Assembly (NCBI RefSeq): GCF_016432865.1
Contig: NC_067403.1
Span: 245,830,001 to 245,894,000 of the forward strand
Source: Antechinus flavipes
Taxonomy: Eukaryota
Direction: 5' to 3'
Length of the DNA: 64,000 bases
Below are positions 34,735 to 49,511 of the stretch, piece after piece. The notes below the pieces were generated by a model that saw only the letters and a list, made by a program, of their open reading frames with translations, was not told where the DNA came from and did not search any database. Made by a program: the position numbers and the translations under genes. Position 1 is the first letter of the stretch. Every line of letters begins with the position of its first letter.

Positions 34735-37700
34735 TTTCATAAATACTATAAAAATCTTAAGAATTTTAGAATTGATTGTATGACATGGGAGATAGTGGCA
34801 CAGGACCATGAAGCATGGAGTGTCCTCATCAGAGAATGTCAGCAAAGCAGAATAAAAGTAGCTCAGAAGAAACATGTGATGAGTAGAATTATAGGATTAA
34901 AGAAACCATCCAACTGTTCATGGGGCCTATTTGTGCCTGACTTGTGGCAGAGCATTCTGAGGTTGTACTGTCACAGTCAGGTACACTATAACTCAACTCT
35001 AACAGAGTGATGTCATTTTGGTCCTCTTCAACATGAAGAACAACACTCAACTGATACATATATGCATACATCTATGAGGTATTGAGAATGCAAAAGCAAA
35101 ATTAAAAATAATCCTTTATCTCAAGGAATTTACATTCTATGGTGAAGAATTAAACACACTTAAAAATATGTTCTACTTCCAAATCTCCAACGTGAAGATG
35201 GAGTACCTTGCAGATGATCAGTACTATTTCTTTGACAGCAGTCTGTGAGTCTCTACTCTTAAAAGCCTATATTATGAATGCCCAGTAGCAGTGTTTCCTC
35301 TGACTCTATAACTGGGGGGAGAAGACAGCTTAATACCAAATGATTTACTGATGCCAGAGTATAAAAGATGATGATGTGGTATATAATGAAAATAATGATG
35401 AGATTTGGAGTGCTTCAGATTTGATTGAAATCTTAATTGTGCCATTTACTACTGCCTTCATAATCTAAATCTCTCTAGGCATCAGTTTTCATACTAGGTG
35501 ACTTTTGAGGTCCTTTTAATCACTTAATCTGATTTACAGAGATTTAAATACATAAAGTACAGGATTTCTAGTGCTCTGTTGTACCTTCTAGTGTTCAATT
35601 GTATCTCTTTGTGACACAGGGAACCATAGTGTAGCACACTATACCTTTACTATCTCTCAAAGTTGGTTCAAATTCATGTTCATTGTTTCCATGACCCTCC
35701 ATCCATCTCATTCTCTGCCTTCCCCTTTTTCCTCTTCAGTGTTACTCTCATGATTCTTAGAGTAATGTTAAGTCCTAATATCTTAAAATAACTCTTAAGA
35801 CTTTTGGATCTTCCTATACATTATCATCTACTCTTCCTCATAACTAGGGCATCATGAATGAAAATGATATTCAATTGATCTTCTAAGGGAAACTAAGGTG
35901 AGAATAAAATTAAGAATGAGATTGCTGAGTTAGAGGGCTAACAAATTAGTCATTGTGGCTCAAACATAAAGTGTGTATGAGTAAATAATGTGGTATAAGT
36001 GTGGACATTGCTGACACCAGACCAATAAAGCCTTAAACGTCAAAGTGGGGAGTATGTATTTTATCTTTGAGGCATTAAGAAGTCACAACAAATCCCAGAT
36101 TAGAAGAATGAATTCATAATTTTGTCAATTGCTTGAAGGATGAATTGGACAGAAAAAGATTAGAAGAAATTCATTTAAAACACCTGGAATCCAATTAAGA
36201 GTCTATGGATTTAGTCCAAGCAACAGGTAAAAGGCACATCTACTTGTTAAGTATAAATTCAAACTTTTCTCATCTTAATCTTTCCCTAGTATTGTCAATA
36301 AATAAGCATTTGGTAAGTTCCTATACTTGTTAAGTTTTTAATTTAAAAAAAAATGTTATTTTTATGATACATGCAGAACCAAAAACAGAGTTGACTTTTA
36401 GAAGCCCTATGATAAGGAAAGGGGAAATCATTTACATAGATAACAGCATTAAATCCCAGCATAATCGTGGTAAATATAACCTATATTATTTGGGAGATCA
36501 TAGAGTAGTTGAAATTAGATTGCTGAATTTGACATTGGCATTTCCCTTAAATTATGACCATTTGCAATAGAAAAAAATGTTGGTTGTATATTGTGTAAAC
36601 CAAACAACATTGTAACAATAACTTTTTGTACTTTTCAAACAAATATTTTAGTATTTTGCACACATGATCTAAACTCACAAGACTACATGTTTTAGATTTA
36701 TCAATATAATGATTCTCAAGTACTTTGACCTTTGTATTTCTTTTGTGGAGTAATTACTAATGATAATTAGTTGATGGAATAGAGGAAACAATAAGATAAT
36801 GCTTATAAAAAGATCACATCATCTAGCTTGGCTCTTGCTTTAAAAGGAATGAAGAATATTGGTTTAGAAATTGTGTTATCTTCTGCTTATGGGATGAGGT
36901 TCTAAATTACATCTGAAAATGAGAATTGGAATTTCTTATAATTTACCATCTAGAATTTGAGTACTTGTATAATACCTCACTATCATTATGCTAACTGTAA
37001 AATCTCAAGAAAATCCCTTTTCAGTTTGTGATCATCCACAATCAAAAACATAATTAGATGTATATGTTACCACCTTCCTCATACAAAGAAAATCTCAATC
37101 TGTTGTCATCAAGATCTTAAGAAAAATCATGTTGTCATTATATGTCTGTCCTATAACATTACCATCACCTCTTCCACATTCTCACTACTCCCAGGAACCA
37201 TTCCATCTTAAGCTTAGCCCACTTGATTTTGTGTACCCTATTGATTTTTATTTTCAAGGTCATTCACTCCTCACTAAATTGGAATAATAATAAAAAAAAT
37301 AACCCATATAACATTGGTAACTCACCAGTAGCATGGGAATATCCAGGAGAGCACTGTAGAATATTGCAGGACTCAGATCTCTACTATTTCTACTTAGGAA
37401 AAAAAAAATGAAAATTTGTTCCTCTAAAAGACATCTATAAGATATCCAAGCAGTTATCTATCTTTTTCTCCTTTCTTGGTTTTTGTTTTATTAACTTTTA
37501 TTAGTATTCTTCCCATCATCTATGAATTATTAGGTTAACAACTTAGTTGCTTCATCATTCTTTTAAGATCACAACTTCATATCCTTCCTCAATAAAACTA
37601 ATAATAGGACTGGATTTTCTGCTGACTAGTTTGCTTATATACCAGTAAGATGATTTGAATATCAAAAGTCAGTGTGGTTGTGTTTCTTAGTTCCCTAATT

Positions 37701-38274
37701 CCTAAAATTTCAGAAAGTACATTAATTGATAGATGTTTTGATTGACATCATTTGAGCAATTTTTTAGCTCAAACTGTCTTTGGTATATATGGTCTTTGGA
37801 TTCAATGAAAACCCAATTCTTCATGTATTATAGAATATTGTTCTTTATGTGAATATTCCCATTTATGAGATCATAGTTTTCAAATAGGGCATACCTTAAA
37901 ATCCACGATTCCAACTCTTTAATTTTACACATGAAAAAATCAGTACCTTTCTTAAAATTATATAGATAAGATGTGACCCATGAGATTTGTTCTCCCTTAT
38001 GCAGAATTCAGATTCAGTGGTATTTTCATTGTACTAGAATTCTTTGCATAACAGAAAGAAATGGCCCATAGGCTTTTCTTTAAGTACTTTAATTTGTATT
38101 TTAATTTTTTTGTTTAAATATGTTAGTGAAAATATTAATGTAAATTATATCCTTGCTATTTTAAACTTTCAGAAAAATGCCATTTTTGTTATTATGTTGT
38201 CTTAATTCTGATTCCCACTACTACTTATTGTTTAAAGGATACAAATTCTAAACTGTTAAGTCAATTGGAATATT

Positions 38275-38530
38275 TTTGTCTTACCTGAGAAGAACAAATA
38301 GCTAGACCCTCAAAAATACATAGAGGAGCATTTGAGTGCATGGTTTTATTGATGAATTTGTCCCAAAGGAATTACACGTTCAATTGATCCTGAAGCTCCT
38401 AACTCACTCAGGTGCTGACAAAGAAATTAAATGCAACCATGGGGAACATTAAGCAAACTGAATTTTAATTGAGGAGCTTGTCTAGGGTGTTGTGGGAACA
38501 GAAATTTTAAGCCTGCTGCTCACAAAGTGA
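38275..38530 (-). promoter_or_regulatory. Candidate promoter plus first exon of OR-C
   Basis: Donor GT at 38284/38283, tcccaaaggaa, ccatggggaa, TAATTG 38466-38471. Confidence 0.6.
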
Positions 38531-40193
38531 GCAATGTGACAAAGAATTGTTTTCTTAAAGTAAATGTTGCTTTTGGAACATTTTCTATTATTAATAGTGC
38601 TATATATACATACATATATATGTTAATATAACCACAATCACTTTCTAGCTTCATGAATTTCTTGGGTAAATTTTACCTCAACATTAAAAGCAATCTAAAA
38701 CACCATTCTTACGGTTAATCCTTCCTTTAAAAACATTTTTGTAGTACCCACTGTATGCACAGAACATAGTTTTGTAATCAAAAGATCTTTGTTTCAATCC
38801 AATCTCCACCATTGCCCGCTTGAATTTCTCATGTATGGGATCTGGATTAAGTGGCCTCTGACTTTCCCTGCTGTCCTACATTTGTGGTTCTATGAGTATC
38901 ACCTTTCTTGTTGTAAATATTTCAGTCCTTGAATCTCCAATCTCATCCATGTAGACACCTCCTCCAACAATGTAGATTTTAACCCATTGACTCTATTTAT
39001 TGCTATGTAGTTATAATCCCACTCCCTCATATTATGCACATTCTCCTGGCCCAAATGTGATCCCTTTTTGAATTACTTTAGCTCTTCTTTATCCAATTCA
39101 CTTGAATCCTTTGCTTCTCATTATATCACCAGTTATACTCTGCTAACAATTATTCTTGATCATTTCTGCCATCTACTGCCTTTGTGCCTACAAATGTGCT
39201 GTTGAATGAAGATAAAGAAAAATTACAAAAGTATGATAAGTCCACTACAAATTTGTATCATGCAGCTTTAGAGCTCACACTGCTGCAAATCAATCACTTT
39301 TACACTTCCCTAATCAAGTGAATATTCTACTCACCATAGCAACTCTTCAAAATCTTTTCATTTCTCTTTAAATTACCCAAGGTTCATCCTCCCCATGCCT
39401 TTTTAGCTGAAAACTTTGCCTCTCATTTTACCTTCCCCCAGAAATGAAGCTCCCTTTTCTCCCTCTTTTTCCTCATTACACAATACTTCCATAGTACCTT
39501 TCATTTTTTTGTCTTCCTTACTATCTAGCCCAAAGAATGGCTCCTGCCAAAGGCAAACTGCTCAATCAACACAACAATCCTGTTTTATTCAGTCTCCTCC
39601 AACAGATTGGCCCCTCTATCCTTCCTTTCTTATCTTTAATATCTTCTTTGTTTTCTGGATCTTTCCTATTGCCTATAACCATAACCATGTCTGTACTTTT
39701 TGGGGAAAAACTCATCTATTTGGTTGTTTTATTTTGATTTTATACATTTTTAAACATTGTATACATTGTGGTTTTTTTCTGCTTGTACTTTTGATTTTAT
39801 GATTTTAAAAATGGATATTTTATACAACTTACTCCCCCATATTTGCTATTTTTCTCCATGAGGGCTATTTCTTTGATATAAGTATATTTTATGTATATAT
39901 AATTACATATATATTATTATGCATTATAAAGAAATAATTTAAATAATGTATATAATATATAAAATATATAGTTATATTTATGGGAATAATCAAATGATTT
40001 TCTGCATTCTATACTTTCATCCCCACTCCTTTATTGAAACAAATATGTGGAGTCAAGCCAAACAGACTTCCATACTTGACTACATTTTATTTATGTATAT
40101 ATATATATATGTTATGTATATTTTATATGCATATATATGTATAATTAGGTATACCTATCTATCGATCTATCTATACTCATATATATGTGTGTG

Positions 40194-40254
<61 letters not shown>

Positions 40255-42008
40255 TCTAGAAATATTTCTCAGTCTATATTGTGAGTTCTTAACTTCTCTG
40301 TTGGGGATTGGTAGCATGTTTCATCATAGATCTTCTCGAATCATAATTGGTCATTGTGTTAATCATTTTTTAAGTCTTTTGAAGTTGTTTATTTTTATTT
40401 TCCACAATCAACAGTATTACAATAAATTCTCCCTTTTAAAAAAAATTCACTCTGAATCAATTCATTGAACTTTTCCTAAGCTTCTCTTAAAATATCTCTT
40501 TCATTTCTTATATTACAATAATATTCTATTAAATTCATATATAACATTAGTCACAGAAAATTTAAGCTTTTTTTTTTTAATTGATGGACCTTTTCTTAGT
40601 TTCCAGATCTTATTCATTATAATACAGAGAAAAATAGATTTGCTATAAACTTTTTTTTTGAGAATTCTCTCAAATGAGAGGAAAGAGATCTCTTTGGAGG
40701 AGTTTATTCCTCACTAGATGGGTTCTTATGACAAAAGTGTATCAACTAAAGAGACTGCTCTCTAGGGAAAAGCCTTACCTTCCAGTGGTTCAGAAGTAGT
40801 TTTTCATAATTTTTCAGTCTTTATTAAAGGATACTATCAATCACCAGCATTCTGCCACACCAAAGATAAATAAGTAATAACTTTCACAATAGAGGAAGAA
40901 GTCAAAAGAAGGAGGAATTGAACAAGGAGATATATTCTGGGAGAATATTTTCCATAAAGCTAGGGCTTTAATCAGAATGAGAACACATTCCCTCTTCAAA
41001 CACAAAAAGATGTGGCCAAATAATTTTCCAGTTGTAGAAATCTGTTTAGACAAAGTTGCAAGGTTGAAGTAACAATTAAACAAGACTTACAGTGTCTTAT
41101 TCAAGGACACTAAATAGTTTTTAATTGTTATTCAATTGTGTCAAACTGTTTGTGGATCATGGCATGCCAATATTGTTCTTTTGTTTTGTTTTGTTTTGTT
41201 TTGTTTGTTTTTTGTTTTTTGTTTTTTTTTTTGTTATGTTTTGTTTTGTTGGCATAAATATGGGAGTGCCATTTTGTCCTCCAGTGGATTAAGACAAATA
41301 GAATAAGTGATTTGCCAGAATTTCACAGCTACAGAATGTCTGAGGGTAAATTTTAATTCACTTCTTCATGATTCCAGGTTCAGCATTCTATCTCTTCATG
41401 GAACACCCAGCTGCCTCCCACTAAATGGTTGTTATGGCAATAGATGAGACCATTGATTTTTTTTTCCATGTCCTTTTGTAATTTATATCATTTTATTTCT
41501 CCTGTAACAGTAGTGAAAGACTATAACCAATTAGACCTCCTAAAGGTTGGATATTTAATCAATGAAGAAATTGCCTATTTCTCCCAGTTTTTGACTACAC
41601 AAACTGTTTTGTTTTGTTTTTTTAAATGCTTCATAAAGGCCTAATCACTGGATCAGAGGATATGAACAGTTTAAAAACTTTTTGGCTGTAGTCCCCAATG
41701 ATTTTATAAAATGATTTTATTCACAGCTCTGAGAGGATTGTTGTTGTTAAAGCTCTGGTGTCTTGGAATATTGCCTCATTGATATATAATTTTTTTTCAC
41801 ACAAATTACTACTTTTTCTCTGATTTCTGTGATAAGCAGGAAGTTTCCTACTTATTATAAATTTGTTCTTTCCACTATATTTTAACTTTGTTTCATTTGT
41901 TAATTACTATTTTGTTTTGGGGATATGGGTTTTAAAGATTATATAATATTGGCTTAAAACAGGTATTTATATAATATATTCATTGAAAATGTAGAAGGCA
42001 ATGAAGAG

Positions 42009-42012
<4 letters not shown>

Positions 42013-42045
<33 letters not shown>
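42013..42045. repeat. (CA)n microsatellite; other TG/TA tracts at about 9310-9345, 9560-9607, 29450-29485, 34703-34733, 40190-40250, 44040-44106
   Basis: Direct dinucleotide runs. Confidence 0.9.
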
Positions 42046-42047
<2 letters not shown>

Positions 42048-42485
42048 TCTGATATAGTTGAACTATTGGTTGTTTATGCTGAATTTATTTTTTTCTCATT
42101 CTTGAGGAAAGCATTCTTATGTTTCTGAAGGGGAGGAAAGGAGTTATCTAAAATGGAGAAAAAAATGAGAAAGGGAGGACTAGAAACTGATTTGATGAAA
42201 AAAAGAATAATTGTAAAATAGCATTGAAAAATAGACAAAAGATATGGTATTGTGTTGTAAGATTGAAATTGTGGCTCTTTTGAGAATGATTTTCAAGCAT
42301 CTTTTATATGGTGGCAAATTGTGAGGAGAGTTAAACTGCATGATTTACAAAGTCTTTTCTAATTCTAATATTCTATATAACATTTATGTTACTTTTCATT
42401 AAAATTGACCCTCATTTAAGTGATTAAGATAGCAAGAAAATTCTTAGTTTTTAAATCGCTTTCTTAATTTAATTAAAAGAAGTGC

Positions 42486-43415
42486 TTAATTACTATTGTT
42501 TAAGGCCCTCTTCAGAGCATTCTTTACTTCCTTATTCCTCAAACTGTAGATCAGGGGATTTAACATGGGAATGATCACTGTATAAAAGACTGAGGCGCTC
42601 TTATTTGAATCAAAGGAATGTTTTGAGCTGGGCTGCAAGTACATAAATATTAAGGTCCCATAATAAATGGTGACAGCCACCATGTGTGAGCCACAGGTAG
42701 AGAAAGCTTTGAGCCTACCTTCATCTGATTTCATCTTTAGAATTGCAGAGATAATAAACATGTAGGAGACAAAGACAACCACAAGGGAAGCAATAATGAT
42801 GCTTCCAGCACAGATAAAAATCCACATTTGTTTGAAATGGGTATCGGAGCAGGACAGCCTCAAGAGAGGTATGTCATCACAGAAGAAGAGGTTGATAATG
42901 TTAGAACCACAGTAGGAGAGGCGGAATGTCAGGATAGCATTGTAGATCGCCACCATTGAACTGACTATGTAGAGAATGACTACAAGCTGAATGCAGATTT
43001 TAGGAGACATCAAAACCATATAAAGCAAAGGATTACAAATGGCCACATAGCGATCATAGGCCATGGAAGCTAGCAGCAAGCATTCTGAATTCGTACAGCT
43101 AACAAAGCACCCTAGTTGAGTAGCACATGCATAGAAAGAGATTATATTTTTCTCATATAAGAAATTGCCCAACATCTTAGGTGTGATTGAAGAAGAATAA
43201 CAGAAATCTACAAATGCCAGGTGACTTAGGAAGAAATACATTGGAGTTTTCAGTCGTGAGTCTATTCTGATGATCATGATGAGACCCAAATTGCCCACCA
43301 CTGTGAACATATAAATAAATAAGAACAGTATGAAGAGAGGAATCTTCATCTCTTGCTTGTCAGTGATGCCCAAGAGAATGAACTCAGTCACCTGGGTAAA
43401 ATTAATCTCAGCCAT
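42486..43415 (-). CDS. OR8U1-like: Olfactory receptor, OR8U subfamily (OR-D), intact, 309 aa
   Basis: Full ORF; most divergent paralog (HFYCD reads LFFCD, DTDKM reads DSNKS). Confidence 0.94.
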   Translation of the reverse strand: MAEINFTQVTEFILLGITDKQEMKIPLFILFLFIYMFTVVGNLGLIMIIRIDSRLKTPMYFFLSHLAFVDFCYSSSITPKMLGNFLYEKNIISFYACATQLGCFVSCTNSECLLLASMAYDRYVAICNPLLYMVLMSPKICIQLVVILYIVSSMVAIYNAILTFRLSYCGSNIINLFFCDDIPLLRLSCSDTHFKQMWIFICAGSIIIASLVVVFVSYMFIISAILKMKSDEGRLKAFSTCGSHMVAVTIYYGTLIFMYLQPSSKHSFDSNKSASVFYTVIIPMLNPLIYSLRNKEVKNALKRALNNSN

Positions 43416-46400
43416 TTATTCTATCTGATATCTTGGCCAAAATAAAAACAAAGATGAAAGTGCAGTTAGTTCTTGGATTTTCCTTCTCTTTAATCACATT
43501 TTTCATTTTTGTTATTATCAGAGTGAACAATGATAGATAGTACACAGAAAAAATAAAACAAAACCTGCTCTGATTATCAAATATCCAATTTATAAGGATA
43601 CTGTGAAGTAGGCTGTGCAAATATTAGTATTCCTATTTTATTGTTTGAGATATGATCTCATATTCAAAATAATGCCATTAATAACTGTTGGGACTTGAGT
43701 TGGAATTTTTATCTTTTTTACAGTAAATATTTCTTCTACTATTCCATATTCTAGTCTCAAAAAAATCAAATCTATTTTTAGTAGTCTGTCTTTGCAGTCA
43801 TGAAGTCAATGCAAATGTCATTCTTGTATATAAATATTTCTTTGTCCTATACTTTGTGAGACGCATCATAGTTTGGTGGTTTGAATGCAAATCTGAGTCA
43901 AATCTGAAGTCTGATTTTGAGTCAAGTCAAAAGACTTTGATTCAAATCCTGCTTTATTCATGGATTGGCTCTGACTGTCAGCACACTAAATTAGATATAT
44001 TTCACAATAATTTATTGTTGATCTGCATTATTGGGCTGTATATATGTGTGTGTGTGTGTATGTATATGTGTGTATATATGTATGTGTGTGTGTGTGTGTG
44101 TGTGTGACTTCATACAGAATCTCAAAATCTTTATTAAGAATTTGGAAATTGATTGTATGACAGGGGAGATACTGGCAGAGGACTGAGTAGTCCTTCATCA
44201 GAGAATGTGCTGTGCTCCATAAGTAAAGCAGAATAAAAGTAGCTCAGAAGAAACATGTAATGAGCATATTTATAGGGTTAGAGAAAGTACCCCAAATATT
44301 CATGGGACCTATTTGTGTCTGATCTGAGCATTCTGAGCTTGTATTGGTCTGATCAGCCAGTCAGACATAATATAATTCAACTCTAACAGAGTGATGGTCC
44401 TCTTCAACATGAAGAACAACAATCAATTAATAAATATATGCATACATACACGAGGTGTTGAGAATGCAAAAGTAAAATTAAAAATAATTCTTGATACTGA
44501 GGAATTTATATTCTATGGTGAAGAATTCAACACATTTAGAAATATGGTCTACTTCCTGACCTCCACCTTGAAGGTGTAGTCCTTTGGGGGTGATCAGTAC
44601 TATTTCTTTGAAAGCACTCTATGAGACCCCACTTTCAAAAACATATTATGAAACCCCAGTATTACGTTTCCTCTGACTCTAAAATTAGGAAGAGAAGACA
44701 GCTTAAAACCAAATGATTTACTGATGATACCCAACTAAAAATGTGATAATGTGGTATATAGTGAAGAGAATGACGAGATTTAGAGTGTGAAGCACTTGGT
44801 TCAAATCCTAACTGTGCCATTTAATACTTCTATAATCTAAATCTCTGTATGTATTAGTTTTCATACTGGATGATCTCCTAGGTCTTTTAGTCACCTGATC
44901 TAATTTACAGAGATAAATAAAGCACAGAATGTTCCAGAGTTCTCTTCCTGTTCAGTTGTGTCTTGTTGTAACCCAGGGAATCATAGAGTGCTGAGCATAG
45001 TATGCCTTTACTATCTCTCAAAGTTGGTAGAAATTTAAGTTCATTTTTGCTATGATACTGTCCATTCTCCTCATTTCCTTTTTTTCTTTTTCTTTTTTCT
45101 TTTTTTTCCTTTTCATGTTTCTTACAATAATATATTAAAACAACTCTTAAGACTTTTGGAACTCCCTATATAATATGAGGAAAGGAAGAAGATAATTAAG
45201 GGATCATGACTGGAAATGATATTCTATCGATCCTCTAAGGGAAACTAAGGTGGGAATAAAAGTAAGAATGAGATCACTGAGTTAGAGGACTAACAAATCA
45301 GTCATTATGGCTCCATCAAAAAGTGTGTAGGAGTAAATAGTGTGGCATAAGTGTGGCCATAGATAAAAGTAAACCAATAAAGTATTAATTATCAAAATGA
45401 GGAGTATCTATTGTATCTTTGAGGCTTTAGGAAGTCACAACAATCATATGTTAGAAGAATGAAGTCATAAGTTAATTTTGTCAATTGCTCGAAGGATGAA
45501 CTGTACAGAAAAATACTAGAAGTAATTCATTTACAATACCTGGAATCCAATTGGAAGTCAGGAGTCTAATATAGAGGTCTATAATTTAGTCCAAGAAACA
45601 AGTGAAAAGCTCACCTACTGGTTTAATATAAATTTGAACTTTTCTTATTTTAATTTTTCTCTAGAATTGTTGATTAATAAGCATTTGATAAGTTCTTATA
45701 TCTGGAAATATTGTTTGTTTGTTTCTATGATGCAAATCAAATCTATGATGCATTCAGAACCAAGAACAGGGTTGACTTTTAAAAGCCCTATGATAAGGAA
45801 AGGAAAAATCATTTACATAGATAACGGCATCAAATACCAACATAACTATAGTAAGCTTATATCGTTCAGGAGACCATAGAGCAATTAAAATTAAATTACT
45901 GAATTTGACCTTGGCCTTTTCCTTAAACTATTGGCCATTTCAGTGGGCCAATAGGAAAAAAACAATGTTGGTTGTGTATTATGTAAGTAAAACAATAATG
46001 TGGCAATAATTTTTTCTGCTTTTCATCCAGTTACTTAATATTCTGTAAACATGATCTAGCCTATATGTTAGATGTAGCAAATATAATGAATCTTATTTAT
46101 TTTAACTTATGCATTTCTTTTGTGGAGGAATTAGCAATGATGGTTAGTTGATGAAATAGAGGAAACAATAATATAATAGTTATAAAAAGATCAAGTCATC
46201 AAACTTGGCACTTGCCTTAAAAAGAATGAAGGATATTGGTTTAGAAATTATGATATCTTCTGCTTATAGGGTGGGGTTCATTATAAATTACATCTGAAAA
46301 TGAAAATTGGGATTTCTTTTATTTCTGAATCTAGAATTTGAGTTCTTATATAATACCTTATGATGATTATACAATCTGTAAAAAGTCAAAAAATCCCCTT

Positions 46401-47669
46401 CTAATTTGTGAACATCCCCCATCAAAAAAGTAATTAGATGTATATAACACCATTTTCCTCATACAAAGGAAATCTCAATCTGTTCTAACCAAGATTCTAA
46501 GAAAAATCCTGTAGCCATTATATGTCTGTCCTACAAATTTACATCCCACTCCCACTATTCCCAGGATCCATTCCTATTTAAATTTAGCCCAGTTGATTTG
46601 GTGGAGCCTACTATCTTTTACTTTCAAGGTAGTTCATTCCTCATTAAGTTAGACTAAAAAAAATATCCTATAATGTTGGTAACTCACTTACCAGCAACAT
46701 GGGGATATCCAGGAGAGCACCACAGAATAGTGTGTGACTTCAGATCCCTGTCATCTCAATTTAGGGAAAAAAATGATGAAGTATATTCCTAAAAATAAAC
46801 ATTTATAATACATTCAAACAGTTATTTATCCTCTGCTCCTTTCTTGGTACATATTTTAGCAATTCTTATTAGAATCCTTTCTTTCATTTGTGAATTAATT
46901 ACTAGGTAAACAACTTAATTGATTCCTCACTCTTCCAATATCACAATTTCCTCAATGAAACTAATAATACAACCCAATTTTCTGGTGACCAATCTTCTTC
47001 CATACCAAGTAAAATTATTTGAATATCAAAAGTCAATGGGGTTATGCTTCTAGTTTCCTAATTCCTAAATTGTCATTAAGGACATAGTTGATCAATGTTT
47101 TGGTTAATAAACAACCTTTGATCATTTTTTTTGGCTCAAACTGCCTTTGGTATATATGGTCTTTAGGTTCCATGAAACCCAATTCTTCTTGTATTATAGA
47201 AGATTGTTCTTTATGTTAATATTTGCATTTATGAGATCATAGTTTTCAAGCTAGGCCATACTTTAAAAAGCACTATTCCAATCCTTTCGTTTTACAAATG
47301 AAAAAACTAATATCTTTCCTAAAATCACATAGATAAGATGTGACTGAGATTTGTTCTCTCATACATTCGTAAGTCAGAATTCAAATTCAGTGCTATTTTT
47401 ATTATACTAGGATGCTTGCATAACAAAAAAAAAGTACACAGAATTTTCTCAGAGTACTTTAATTTATGCTTGTCTGTTTAAATGTGCTAGTGAAATATTA
47501 ATGTAAACTATATCCTTGCCATTTTAAGCCTTCAGAAAATACCATTTTTATTTTCATATCATCTTAATTCTGTTTCCCATCACTACTTATCGTTAAAAGT
47601 ATACAGATTCTAAACTATTAAAGATATGAAACAGTTGGTTTGCTTTCCTAAGTCAACTAGATTTTTTTT

Positions 47670-47880
47670 TTCTTACCTGAGAAGAACAAGGGACTAGTTC
47701 CTCATAAATATATAGAGTAGCATTTGAGTGCATGGCCTTATTGATGAATGTGTCCCAAAGGAATTACATGTTCAACTGGTTTTGAAGCTCCTAACTCACT
47801 CAGGTGCTGACAAATTAAATGCAACCATGGGGAAAATTAAGTAAACTGAATTTTAATTGAGGAGCTTCTCTGGGGTATGA
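47670..47880 (-). promoter_or_regulatory. Candidate promoter plus first exon of OR-D
   Basis: Donor GT at 47676/47675, tcccaaaggaa, ccatggggaa, TAATTG 47854-47859, then tctctgggg. Confidence 0.6.
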
Positions 47881-49382
47881 ATAGTGTGACAAAGAATGAT
47901 TTTTAAAATAAATTTTGCTTTTGGAACATTTTCAATTATTAATAATAGGTATTATTATTAATAGTCTCTTTCTGGATTCATGAATTCCTTGGATAAGTCT
48001 AACCTCAACTTTAAAAGCAATCTCAAATGCTATTCCTATGATGAATCCTTCAATTAAAAACGTTTTTGCAGTTCCCACTGTATGCAAAGAACATGGCTTA
48101 AGAACCAAAGCAGCTTGGTTCTCCACCATTGACTGTCTGAGTTTGTCATGTATGGGATCTGAATTAAGTGGCCTCTAACATTCCCTGCTATCCTACATTT
48201 ATGGTTCTATGAGTATCTCCTTTTGTTCTAGATATTTCAGTCCTTTAATCTCCAGTCTCATCCATATAGATACCTCCTCCAACTATACAACTTGTAATCA
48301 ATGCATTCCATTTATTTATATACAGTTCTCCCTCCCACATCATCATCCTTATATTATCCACATTCTTCTTTTCCAATTGTGCTCCCTTGTTGAATTAGTT
48401 TAGTGCTTCCTTATCCTATTCTCTTGAATCCCTTGCCTCTCATCATATCACCAGTTACATTCTGCCCACTGTTAGTCTTCATTATTCCTGCCATCTACTG
48501 TCTTTGTGCTTACATATGTGCTGTTGATTGAAGATAAAGAAAAATCACAAAAGTATGCTAAGTCCACCAAAATTTTATATCATGCAGTTTTAGCTGAGCT
48601 CAAAGCTGTAAAGCAATAAATTTTACACTTTCCTAATCAAGTCACTATCCTACTTACCATTGCAACTCTTCCAAATCTTTTCATTCTTCAAGTTCCCCGT
48701 GGCTCCTCCCTCTATTCTATTATTTGAAAACTTTGCCTCTTCTTATTACAGCCCTCCAAAAAAAGAAACTCTCTTTTATCCTTCTTCCTCCTCATTACAT
48801 ATTATTTTGATATCAACCCCCATTATCTCTGTTTCCTTCATCTGCGAAAGGCAAACTGCTCAACCAACACAACAATCTTTTATACTTTCTACTCCAACAG
48901 GTTGTCCCCTCTCTCTTCCTTCCTTTTTTACTTATTTTTAATATCTTCTTTTTTGTGACTCTTTCCTATTCCTACAAACATACTGATGTCTGCACCTTTT
49001 TGGAGAAAAATCATTTATTCATTTTATTTTGGCTTTATATATTTGCCAATATTGTAACTTTTTGTATTTTTCTAGTTTTACTTTTGATTTTATCATTTAA
49101 CAAATGGATACTTTATACAAATTCACCTCTTACTTTTTTGTTTTTCTACATGAGGGCAGTTTCTTTGATATATATATATATATATACATATATATTTATG
49201 TATGCATATTTATAATGTATTATGAATAATGAATATAATGCATATAATATATGAAATATATATTTATATGTTTACAAATATGTTTGCATATATGGGAATA
49301 ATCAACTCTTTTTCTGCATTTTATCCTTCTCTCTCCATGCCTATATTGAAGCAAAAGTTTAGTCAAACCAAATAAACTTCCA

Positions 49383-49511
49383 NNNNNNNNNNNNNNNNNN
49401 NNNNNNNNNNNNNNNNNNNNNNNNNNNNNNNNNNNNNNNNNNNNNNNNNNNNNNNNNNNNNNNNNNNNNNNNNNNNNNNNNNNNNNNNNNNNNNNNNNNN
49501 NNNNNNNNNNN
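49383..49511. other. Assembly gap (129 N) in an AT-rich low-complexity tract
   Basis: Run of N. Confidence 1.

Noticed and set aside
39416-40284. Hydrophobic or Y/I/V/C-rich ORFs of 60-130 aa here and in other spacers
   Set aside because: Low-complexity TA/TG tracts and decayed L2; frames are not conserved between paralogous spacers.
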